Shown here piece by piece: positions 27,198 to 40,800 of a stretch of 64,000 bases of DNA. The position numbers and the translations under genes were made by a program. Positions within the stretch are counted from its first letter, which is position 1; the number at the start of each line of letters is the position of its first letter. Under the pieces are notes generated by a model. The model did no database searches. It was not told where the DNA came from and was given only the letters and a program-made list of their open reading frames with translations. Source of the stretch: Paragordius varius (taxonomy: Eukaryota; Animalia; Nematomorpha); NCBI GenBank assembly GCA_964247055.1, contig OZ176052.1, forward strand, positions 1,922,001 through 1,986,000, in the 5' to 3' direction.

Positions 27198-30100
27198 GAT
27201 TTTAGTGAAAGAGGGCGAAACAGACAGCGAAAAAAAGCTTTTGGTCCACCAAAAAATAGATGGCGTAAAAAATAATGGAGATGAAAGTCGTCCTCCCGAT
27301 TTTGCAAACAACATTTTGATGAGTTTGTCATTTGCTTTAACGCATGGTTTAGTTGAAGAAATAACCGATAAATTTCGAATAATACAGGTTTTTTTATAAA
27401 TTATAAGCACCCATTGCTTTTAAATAAGGGTAGTGTTAAACAAAAATATAAATTTTTATTATTTCCATAAAATTATGATTAATATTCAATTTTTTCCCAG
27501 TAAAACATATTATTTTATTTTTTTATTGTAACAAATTTTGATTGAAAAAATGATGATTTAAAATTTTTTTCTATCGCTTTTGGTAATATTTAAGAATTTG
27601 AGTCATTAAATATTGGAAATTTTATTATTCTCATAAGATGTTTTGTTTAAAAGTGCTGTTTTTCCACGAAAGCTTAGCATAAGAGATTGTCATTACAAAG
27701 CTGTCCACCCTATTTATTTTTTCCAATTTTAAAGGTTTTTATTAAAAATAATAATAAATATTTGGATATATAGTGTAATTGCTATGGGAATCAAAATAAA
27801 ATCACTATATCTAAAAATGGAAATTTGATAGGATATTTAAGCATTCATTGGAATATATATATATATCTATTATATAGAACTTATTTTGCGCTTTCGACCT
27901 ATAAATATAATATAATATAATATATATAAATGCAAGATACCTTCGATATTTTATTGTATTTATTAATATTTTCCTTATAAAATAAATTATTTTTATTTGT
28001 CAATTTAGCTTATCCATAATATAGCCACACTTTACCCTCACCATTTTTCACATCCTGGCCAATTTATCAAAATATATAAGGTAAAATAAAACTTAAATTT
28101 TAATTTTATAGAAATAATAATTTTAATATATAATATATCTAATATACCATTTTCAAATTAAATTTTTACCCTAAAAATACATTATTGGGCCCATTAATAA
28201 GACATATATTCTTTTGGCATAGTTTATTATTTTTTCCGTATTAAGTTAATTTTAAACGTAAATTTCATTATTTGGTAATTTTTAATCTTAAAAAACACCT
28301 AATTGATTTTAATGAATATAAATTGTTTAAGGGTTAATTTGAACTGTAAATGGTATATATTTTAAAATTTTTAGCTGTTATTGCAAACGTACGAAACGGT
28401 GACTCACGAAACGCAACTTACAAAACGCATTAGAATTAATATCTTTCAAATGTTTCAAACTTATATTCATTTTTATCATCAATTGGAAAATGACGCAACT
28501 AATAATACCCCTGATCAAATTAATGATAAAAATTTATATTCACACCTAGAAATAATGGCAAATATTGATAAACTCATTCTTTACGTATCGGATGATTGTA
28601 AATTTTATAATACCAAGTTTGTCGTTTTTATATGGTTTTGTTTTCGATCTCTTAATTTATTTCCTATAGAGAAATTATGTCAAATATGAAACAATTACAA
28701 TAAAAATTTAGAATATAAAGAAAAATATAAAGAGTAAAAGCTAAATTATTTTTTAAAAGTTAACCATATTTTAAGTCCATGATTTTTTTCTACTATTTTA
28801 CCCATGTGATTATAATTGTATGCATGAATTTTAAAGTCCTAGCAATTTAGATCTCTATTGCTTTATGTTTGAAACCCGATATGTGTAAAAATTAAAGTTA
28901 ATAGAGTGTTCTATATTTTTTTTGAAAAAAGCATTATATATATATATATATATATATATCTATAGGTCAAATTCAGCTCTTTGCTGCGTTTTTGAAGCTT
29001 TTAATGGTATACTTACGGTTTTAATGGCTATGAAAAATAATTATATCTATACGTCAAATGTTTTAACGGAAACTCTATGGTAAAAATTATTTTTTATTCC
29101 TCACAAAAAATATAATAAATAGATTTATATAAATATATAATCAATCAATATCTAAACGCAAAATTGTACTCTTAAAATTTATTTAAACTCAACAAACTCT
29201 CTACTACTTATGTTGATTTCCTTTGATTAATAAACAACATTTTAATTATATAATTTAACTTATATAAATTAGTGTCGTTTTGGAAATAATAATCTCATAT
29301 GTAAAATAATCGTGCAATATTTTTATTTCATTTTTTTTTCAAATATTTAAAAAGTATTATATATGTTTTGTTAGGAAAGACGTTTGCCCAGCCCTTGCAA
29401 ATCTTTATAATTTACCCAATTATTATATTATTATGATGAATGGCAAAAATAAAGGATATTCCACCAATATCCCCTCAAGTGATCAAGCTTATTCTGTTCA
29501 ATATAAGCGTCGGAATACTTATGATGATGGTGACACTAAAAGGTATTTAAACAACACTTTTTTGTACATTGTGTTTTTACATTTTAAAATTGGTTTTATT
29601 TTGAATCGGAGTTGTTTATAAATAAGTTTTTACCGGAAATTAACGGACTAATAAATTACAATAATAAGGGCTAAATAACTTGTTCTTTATACAGTAAAAA
29701 TTGTACCTATACGGACAAAGCGTAAAATATAAAGGCAAATATTTTTGTTTAAAAGACAATCATACTTTTTTAAACCTTAAACTTTTCTATATAAGCTATT
29801 TAGACACAATCGTAAACTATAAAATAGATTGTGTTAGTGTTATATAACTCTATTTCACACTTAGCCATCTAAAACAATGAATTATTTCTGAATCAATCAA
29901 GATTTTAGAAGTATCATTGTTTTTTAGAAAAAAATTTTGTCTTTTCATTTTTACGCTTTTTCCTGAAGCAAATTATATTAAACTAATCTATTTCCTACTA
30001 TTGGTAAAGCGATTATAATAAGAATAAATATATTTCCTCGTTTATTTATAAATATTATAGTTGTTTGACAAATGATAAACCCATGGTCTGTTGGAACGGG

Positions 30101-31782
30101 GCAGCTATTTCAATCCCTGAAAGTCCATTATTCCTTAGGCCAGATTATTATTATTCAATCAATCAATTATTGTATCACATTTGTCTTTACATTGGACACA
30201 CTAAAAGTGAGTTAATATTTAATTTTTATTAAAATAATTAATAATTTTAGCATTTTTTTGTAGCTTTACAGGTTTTGGGTTATACACTCTAATTTTTTTA
30301 TGTGTTGAGTAATTAAAATTAACTACGTTTTTACCGCTTTTGTTTTGTAAAAAATAAGTTTTTTTGATCCGTTTTTGTTCAATAAAATTTTTGCACACTA
30401 TGCCCGGCTTGAAATGTTTACTAACGCAAATTGAAAATTTTTTACAACATATTTTAAATGTTTTTCTATTTGAGAAGTTTATATTTACATATATGCTCAT
30501 ACATGAAAAACTTTTTAGTTTGGATTTTTTCTCACGAATAAAGTCCCATTTTGCATTTTTATAACGACAAAGATATAGAAATTCGAAACGTTTTTCTATA
30601 TTGTGTAAAAAATTAAAGTAGATTAACCCGTTTTTTATATTATTAGGGCAAAATAAAAAGGGTGGAAACACTACTGGTGGGGCCCTCAGTTTAATTTGGC
30701 AATCTTTGATTCAATCCGCTCTATGTGCACATGCTAATTATTTCAATTCAACTCTATTACCCAATAATGCTTTTAATGATTCAAATATCTGCAAAGGTTT
30801 AAAGTTATTCATTGAGCAAACAGTGTGCAATTTAATTGAACCGCAAACTTTATACACTATTTTAACTATACATCATCCACCAGAGAGTTTTATGGATCAA
30901 AAAATTGAAATTTCAAGTAAGCAAGAATGTTGGTGGATGTATGTTTTGACAAATGGTTTCTATGATATGGATATGATACAAATGTAATTAATTTAAAAGC
31001 TTTTTATAACTTTTATTAATTTTGTGATGTTGGTTAAATCACTTTTTTTGTGAACTAACTGCAAAGGCTATAGTTTTTCTGGTGATATTTTTCGAAAAAC
31101 TCTACTCTGCAAGAAGTATTTTTATGCATATAGAAAGTAAAAATCGCATCATCTTACATATGCATTTGATCGAAAGATTATGGTAAATTACTTTTTTTAA
31201 GTCCAAGTAAGCACTGCTGCAAATTTTTAATATTACTAATCTACGATTTTTTTGAAGTCAGTGAGTATGTCCAATAATTTCATTCATTAATCCTTTTAAA
31301 AAACTAATAAATAACGGTTTTATAAGGCCGTTATATATACATGGATGAGAACGCCTCAAATTAAAATGGCTGCATAATTAGGAGTAATCTTAGATTATTT
31401 TGAATGATTACAGCTAAATAAATTGTATTTTTGTTGTATTTTATTTTACAAAAAACTTATTTAAAGATCTTTTTCCAACATTATTATATTATTTTAATAC
31501 ACATTTTTTAAACCGTCTTATTATATTTAACTACACCAGGTTAATTCAATTCATATATGTCGTTTGGAATATAATACGTCAATCTCGTAATCCTACCCCT
31601 ATGTTATCATGTGTCAATGTTCAGTATTCTTTCTTAAATGATTCAATTATACATTTTTGTCATCGTTTATTATTATCGCTTCAGTCAATTAAACACAATT
31701 TGGATGGAACTGAAATATTAGGTATACTATTTCTTTCTTTACATTCCAAAAATAGAATTTGTGTTAAAGTGAAAGTTAAAAA

Positions 31783-31847
<65 letters not shown>

Positions 31848-34800
31848 CCTTTATATCAAATGATCAATGCATATAGATTATAAACTTTATGCCAAATTAA
31901 CTATTTAATATCTTCTTGATAAAAATTTAAAAATTGGTACAATTAAATGAACGAAATGATATAAGAAACATATAATTAGGAATTCAAAACTCACACTTTT
32001 ATGAAAACGTAATTCATAGTTAAATAGCACATAGTGATTTTAATAGTTTGTTTTAGATTAATTTTTTAAACATTTTTTTACAATATACCAATTACAACAT
32101 TAATACTAAGTTATCAATCTGTAAGGTTGACTTTTATGCAAATTACTCATTAAACTTATTTATATATATACCATTTACAGTTAAATACCCTCGAAATAAT
32201 TTAAAATTCACCCTAAATAAATTATGTGTTAGTTAATATAAAAAATTATTTATATTTTTGTTTTTTTATAAAAATAATATTTTGTTTAAAATTACAACTT
32301 AATACAGAAAAAATATTAAACTATGGACGGACATATAAAGAAATATTACATATTAATGATACTTTATATTGGCCCAAAAAACACATAATTTATTTTTAGG
32401 ATGGTGAATTTAAATTGTTCAAGGGTGAATTCAATATTAGATATATATATATATATATATATATATATCTTTAATTACATGCTAAATTTTATATATAAAA
32501 TTAAAATTATTTATTGGTAGAAAATACGGCATGTCAAATCAATAACTTGAACAAGGATTATAATGTTGATAATCAAAATGCAAGTTCAATTAACGATAGT
32601 AATCAAACATCTTTCGATACCGAATCGCATTATGAAACACCATCGGACGCTGATGTAGAAATTGATAGTAATATCTTAACAATATCTAATAAATTTCAAT
32701 GTTGCTTTTATAAATACATTTAAAAACCAATTTTTTGTTTTTTAATATATTCAATATAAATTAAAGATTAAAGGAATAAAAATGAAATATCATAATTAGT
32801 TATTTTCGAAAAATTTATTTTAACACATTAAACAGAGGAGTAAATAAATTGACACTTTTTTATAAAATAGTTTTCACTTGCTATATAGGTATAATCTAAT
32901 AAAATATTTTATTGAAATAAATAGCAAATTTAAAAATATTATCAATTTCAGCGAAGCGACTAATTTCCTATCCCAGAAAAAGGATTTATTTTCAAGCCGA
33001 TTATATGAGTGCGTAATTATAATTTACATTCACATACAACTATAAAAATAATTTAAAATACTGTAAAAAATAAAGAGATACACATTAATTGTAGTTAAAA
33101 TATGATTGCGCTTAATTATAAAAACCTTCCATGAAGGATTTATTATATATTTCCTCGTCCGGTTTAAATTATCAAACCGAAATCATATAATTTTCAAACA
33201 AAATTTATTTTGTTTAACATTTCTATATAGAAATTGACTTTTTAACTACTACGGAGGACGCATCAGTTTGTAAGCCGCCAAATGGAGACAATATTGATGA
33301 CAAAAACATCGATAATTTATTTGACAAAAATCACAAAATGAAATATAAAACTTCATCTAATGATTTATCTAGCAATAATAATATGGTAAATTTCCCAGGA
33401 AATGATTTAATCCCTTATGACAATAATGAATCATCGGAAACAGAGGAAGATATATGCGATATCTTTGATTTTGGAACTCAGCTTTCAACTCATGAAACTA
33501 CACCTGGTGTCATTCGGACTTTAGATGGTAATTTTAACTTTTCAAAACTATTTTTATATATGTGATAATTTAATTTTTGTTTTTCGTTTTATATATTGGT
33601 TAAAATCTAATTTTTGTCTAAATTTCAACGTTATTAAATGGAAAAGTGAAATTAACACACAGATCATAATTTAAACATTCAATTTACTAGATTGGTAAAT
33701 AAATTAAAAATCTGAAAAGTCAGGCAAATTTATATAACAATTAGTAATAAAAGTATGTAATATATATTGTTATTAATTTGATTTATTACAACAAACAACA
33801 CTATTTATTCTGAGTGGTTTTTTTACCCGACGCCCCATATTAGATTCAAGCGAACATAATGAAAATAAAATTAACACTGATGAAGTAAATGGGGCAATTT
33901 TCACCGAAATATCTTTGGAACCTGAATTAAATAACCAATTATTAAATTTTAAACAAAAATTAAATCTCACCATGACACAAGGTAAAGGAAAAAACAAGCT
34001 TATGAATGAAGAAATGGTATCTACTTACTTACTTGCATATATATTTCCCACACGTTTTTTTACATTAGTTTTATTAATTACACTGGACAACAAATTTTTC
34101 TGCCATTCGAGTTTTTTGAATTTTCTAATATTTAGTATCATTTTAACAGTTAATTATTAAATTTAAAACTAATGGATGAAAATGGCTCAAACTTTGTTTA
34201 GATGGTGATGAATGTGCAAAAAAGATAACACAAGAAAGTTTTTTTGATTAAAACATTTTTTTATTGCTTTTATGTCACTCCAAACAGCCATTTTTAAGTT
34301 TTTTGTTTTTTTAAACACTACCATCTCATCAATATTAATTTATTTTCTTTATAATGCTGATAATATCGAAATTTTAAAGATAAAAACAAAGTTTAAGGTA
34401 TTTTCATCTTTTATAGCCATTATGTAATAAATTTAAAGTTATAACTATGCATTTTAGTATCCACTAGGTAAAATATTTATGATAATAATAATTTTTATTA
34501 AAAAAAGCAAGCCAAAAGCTTTTTCAAACATTTTTTTTAAATTAAATACTAATATAACCCTAATAATTATATTAAAATAATTTATATGATTTTCAATTAG
34601 TTTGTCTGTGAAAATTCTTGACTTATTTAAGGATTGAAAATTTCGACCATTTAAATCCAAATAACTTTTAAATCCGATTGATTTAAATGACTTAATACCA
34701 TTTAAAAGATGTAGTTTGCGCTCTTTCGAATGATATAAAATACTTGGCTTTATATCTAAAACTTTTAATTTTTGAAATTTCGAGTTTAATGTTAAATCGG

Positions 34801-37800
34801 GGCCAAAAATTATCGATAAACTCTAATATAAAAAAATTCTTCCATGCTAGACCAATTTTCTTTTCAGATATACTAATTATGTACTTAAATGAAATTAATT
34901 TTAAATTTACAAGAATGGCAGTTAAAAAAAGTTAATATTTGATGTCTAGTGTTATTATTACAGTATGCATTTTAATGTATATTAAGTAATTTTATTGCCT
35001 GCCAAATAACATAAATGGTTTATCAAATGCGTAGAATACTGACCCACGAAATTATTTCGTAGTACACATATGAAAGAGGATTGACGTGAGAATTAACATA
35101 GGCTTTAATTTGATGGATATTTTGTAATGTTAAATTTTGAGAATATTATAGCAATTTATGTTAACTTTTGTAATATTGTTGTTACGTATTTAGATGCGGA
35201 ATTTTATGGGTTTTTATCTTTGATAAATTAATAAATAGTAAAATACGTATTTTAAGGTTTTTTATGTGTCCTAAATTAAATAATATATATTTTTTAACAT
35301 GCTATAGTTGTTATTACTAATATAAAAAACAGGTAAATATATATTTGTGAAAATTTAAGTAGATTTTAGATTTTTGTCTTTTATGTTTTGCTTTGTTAAT
35401 TATTAATAATTTTTAAGTATTTCAGACATTTTAATCAGGTAAAAATTGCGGTTTTTAACAAATTTAGTAAAATAGTTTTTTTTTGTTTTTTTAGGTTTTG
35501 CATTGTTAATTGTAACTAACTACTACATATTTTGGACATTTTAATAATTACAGGTAAAAATTGCGGTTTTTAACAAATTTAGTAAAAATTTAATTTTTTT
35601 GTTTTATAGGATTTTCTTTGTTAATTGTAATTAATTAATTTTGGACATAATTAATAAAGGTAAAAAATGAGGTTGTTTTTATATTTAGTAAAAATTTAAT
35701 TTTTTCTTGTTTTTTTATTTAATATTGTTAATTATAATTAATTACTACATATTTGGAAATTTAAATAAATCAGGTGAAAATGGCGGTTAATAACAAATTT
35801 TAAATGTAACATTTTTTGTATTTATCATTGTTATTTAATTAATTACTAAATATTTTGGACATTTAAAAAAATGGTGTAAATTGCGGTTTTTCATAAATTA
35901 GTAAAATTTTATTTTTTGTTCAACCTTGCTAATTTATTTATCACTATATATTTGTGATACATTGATATATACAGGTAAAAATTATGACTTGCGGTTTTTT
36001 AAATTTTTTAAAATATTTTTTTGGTTTTACTTTGATAATTTATATAATTAATATAGTTAACATATCTGAGTAGGTAAAAATGCATGTTACGGTTTTATGT
36101 TTGCCATTTTATTTTCCAAATCAACTATTTATATTTTAACAAACACCTTATGTCACCAAAGATTTAAAATAAGATCAAGATATATAAAACATCTTTTAAA
36201 GTATCTGAATATCGCCAAATATAAATAAATTTATTTAAATTATAAATGTATAATTATACAAAATATTCATATTATGTTTGAAATTAACATTCTTCTTATT
36301 GATATTAATACAGGTAATTTGTTTATATAAATGATGTACGATGCGGTGTGCGTTCATGATGATCATATAGATTGAAGAATAGTATAAGATGCAATAATTA
36401 AATGCAGATAATCCTGAAAAATTTAATCACCATCATTTTTTAGGTAGATTCTATCAACTAAAATATAAGATAATTAATATATTAGAAAATTGATACATGG
36501 ATTCTAGAAGTATTTTCAACATATTTAAATATTGGGGGAAACATTCATAGTTTGAAAGGGAACTCAAAAGGTTGACTTGGCTTTTTAACAACTAAATTTG
36601 CAAAAAAAAATATTTTCTTCGTGATAAAAAATTTAAAAATGATACTTTATGTTTTTTTTTCGTTCTACCATCCTAAACTATAAATATGAAAAAGCTTATA
36701 TGATTTCACCATACCAATGACGTCAAATAGAAAATAGAAACAAATAATTTTTTTCAAAAGCTTGGAGCACTCCAAAAACTAAGCAGACACTAACATTGTT
36801 GGCTTTGGTGAAGAATAATTTTTTATATTTATAGTTTAGGATGGTAGAACGAAAAAAAACATAAGGTATCATTTTTGAATTTTTTATCACGAAGAAAATA
36901 TTTTTTTTTCAAATTTAGTTGTTAAAAAGCCAAGTCAACCTTTTGAGTTCCCTTTCAAACTATGAATGTTTCCCCCAATATTTAAATATGTTGAAAATAC
37001 TTCTAGAATCCATGTATCAATTTTCTAATATATTAATTATCTTATATTTTAGTTGATAGAATCTACCTAAAAAATGATGGTGATTAAATTTTTCAGGATT
37101 ATCTGCATTTAATTATTGCATCTTATACTATTCTTCAATCTATATGATCATCATGAACGCACACCGCATCGTACATCATTTATACAAACAAATTACCTGT
37201 ATTAATATCAATAAAAAGAATGTTAATTTCAAACATAATATGAATATTTTGTATAATTATACATTTATAATTTAAATAAATTTATTTATATTTGGCGATA
37301 TTCAGATACTTTAAAAGATGTTTTATATATCTTGATCTTATTTTCAATCTTTGGTGACATAAGGTGTTTGTTAAAATATAAATAGTTGATTTGGAAAATA
37401 AAATGGCAAACATAAAACCGTAACATGCATTTACCTACGATATGTTAACTATATTAATTATATAAATTATCAAAGTAAAACCAAAAAAATATTTTAAAAA
37501 ATTTAAAAAACCGCAAGTCATAATTTTTACCTGTATATATCAATGTATCACAAATATATAGTGATAAATAAATTAGCAAGGTTGAACAAAAAATAAAATT
37601 TTACTAATTTATGAAAAACCGCAATTTACACCATTTTTTTAAATGTCCAAAATATTTAGTAATTAATTAAATAACAATGATAAATACAAAAAATGTTACA
37701 TTTAAAATTTGTTAAAAACCGCCATTTTCACCTGATTTATTTAAATTTCCAAATATGTAGTAATTACAAGAAAAAATTAAATTTTTACTAAATATAAAAA

Positions 37801-40800
37801 CAACCTCATTTTTTACCTTTATTAATTAAAATGTCCAAAATTAATTAATTACAATTAACAATGAAAATCCTATAAAACAAAAAAATTAAATTTTTACTAA
37901 ATTTGTTAAAAACCGCAATTTTTACCTGTAATTTTAAAATGCCCAAAATATGTAGTAGTTAATTACAATTAACCATGCAAAACCTAAAAAAACAAAAAAA
38001 AAAACTAAATTTTTACTAAATTTCTTAAAAACCGCAATTTTTTCCTGTAATTATTAAAATGTCCGTTACAATTAACAATGCAAAACCTAAAAAAACAAAA
38101 AAAACTAAATTTTTACTAAATTTATTAAAAACCGCAATTTTTACCTGTAATTAAATGTCCAAAATATGTAGTAGTTAATTACAATAAACAATGCTAAACC
38201 TAAAAAAACAAAACTAAATTTTTACTAAATTTGTTAAAAACCGCAATTTTACCCTGATTAAAATGTCTGAAATACTTAAAAATTATTAATAATTAACAAT
38301 GCAAAACATAAAAGGCAAAAATCTAAAATCTACTTAAATTTTTACAAATAAATATTTACCTGTTTTTTTTATTAGTAATAACAACTAAATAAAATTACAA
38401 TACCAATATTAATTAATACAGGTATTTACCATGTTGAAAAATATATATTATTAAATTTAGGAAACATAAAAAATCTTAAAATACGTATTTTACTATTTAT
38501 TAATTTATCAAAGATAAAAACCCATAAAATTCCGCATCTAAATACGTAACAACAATATTACAAAAGTTAACATAAATTGCTATAATATTCTCAAAATTTA
38601 ACATTACAAAATATCCATCAAATTAAAGCCTATGTTAATTCTCACGTCAATCCTCTTTCATATGTGTACTACGAAATAATTTCGTGGGTCAGTATTTTAC
38701 GCATTTGATAAACCATTTATGTTATTTGGCAGGCAATAAAATTACTTAACATACATTAAAATGCATACTGTAATTATATCATATAGTTATTTTATATTTC
38801 ACCTTAAATAATTTGAGAAATTTTATCGTAAATAAGTTTGGTGGATAATGTAAAATTAAAACACATATTTAGCAATTGTATAAATAATAAGAAATCTTAC
38901 TTTTTATCAATTTTAATTTGTTTATTATAATTCTATATTATTTTAGTTGATTTAATCGGTTTTTCAATTAGTTCTAATCTATATAGTTCCAATTCTGATA
39001 TATGTAACCACTATTTCCATCGACTGCCATTAATAAGCATTCTAAATGAAATGAATATCATTTTTCTGGGCGGTCCTATTATAATCTATATATAATTATA
39101 TTTAAAAAACTCAAAAAAAACAATAATTGAAAAAAATTTATTGTGCAACAGGAAATGGAAATAAAAAGTCATTTGATGACAAACCTTCTCACTCAAATAC
39201 GTACTCGTTTGTGTCATCCAGAAACCGGAATTTTAATGCATTTAAGGTCGGGTGTTGAAATCGATTTGGCTTTAATACAGTTTAGTTCACAATTCTACTT
39301 TCAATATCATGGTATGAAACGAAAATATATGTGTTTTAGTAAATGCTCGATTAAAAGAGTATTTTTTGAGGCAAAGAAGTGAATGGGTTGGCTTACTTTT
39401 TTCTGCGTTATAATAAGAACAAAATTAGTTTGAAAGAGAGAATGTGATAAACAGCTGAAATTTTTATCAATATTATATAATTTTACCTAACATAAGAACC
39501 TTATATTGCTTTTATAGTTAAGTTTTTTTATAGCAGCGTTTTTTAATATTTATTATATATTTAATTGTGGTATACAAGAATAGAACTAATTTTTATATAA
39601 ATTTGGTATATTTTGGATATAATAACCTGTGTATCTTATCAGTTTTTTAAATATTTTTTTTAAAAAAATTTATCAAAAATTTTAGCTGCGCAAATTTCTA
39701 CATAATTCTAGAATTTTTTGCTTTTATATAAATATTTATATTTTTTAAATATATTAGTGTAATACTGTTGCATGGATATTTGTGTTGTGATGCCATGTTA
39801 AATTTCCTTCCTTTTGTATTTCTATTATCTGTGATTTTCTTATATGTATCAGGTATTATAAACTTTTCAAATATTGTTATTGAATATTTTCTTTTTTTAT
39901 AATTGTTGACCTTAGGATTTTATTCAATAAATTTATTAAAGGCCTTTGCAAATTATAACTTACATTTTGTTTTTTTTTACTTAAAAATATCTCTAAATTT
40001 GTAATAATTATAAAAAATTGTTTATTTTGTCATTTTTTGTAATGACCACCATCTTTATTTTTATGGATAAATTAATTTAAAGACTTTTTATATTAAAAGT
40101 AGTTTTACGTATTTTATGAATAACTTTTGAAATGTTTATAAATTTACTAAATTATAATAATCCTATTTTAATTATTTTTTTAGATTTCGAAAAGGATGAA
40201 TTTAGCTTTGAACATAACTTTAATAAGAATGAAGTACAAGAACAATCCTTTAATGCGGATTTTATATATTTCGCAACATTTCAATCGCTATGTTTGGATT
40301 ACATTGTACAAAAATTTAATACCGAGGGCAAAATTTTAACACAAGATGGACTAGTAATTGTTTTATAGCTTTTTTTTAGAAATAAATTATATTTCATCCT
40401 AGTTTAAAATTAAACAAAAATAACAATATATATTTAATATGCTTAAAATTTTAATATATATTTTTGATTATTATTTCATTTAACCAAGAATTAATTTTAA
40501 TCCCTCCCCCACTACATAAAAATTAATTTATAACATTTTTTAAATAATATGCATTTTCAAGTTATTTAAATTTAATATTTATTAAATATTAATTTTCATA
40601 GATGAAAAAATTCAAACAAGCCTTTAAATGTGATTCATTTAACATGGTATATACTGAATGTTGGATCCCTCAAATATTTGCCAACATTGTAAAACAACCC
40701 ATTATTTCCTTCACCATGCATAATGATATCAAAAGATCTAATCTTATCAATTTTATTAAAGGTAAATTAAATCCTATAAAAAAGATACTTTTTACCTAAA

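Noticed and set aside
31601-31876. ORF with a YIYIYI run (also 50326-50520, 50608-50826, 48624 start)
   Set aside because: Exon read-through into (TA)n microsatellites.
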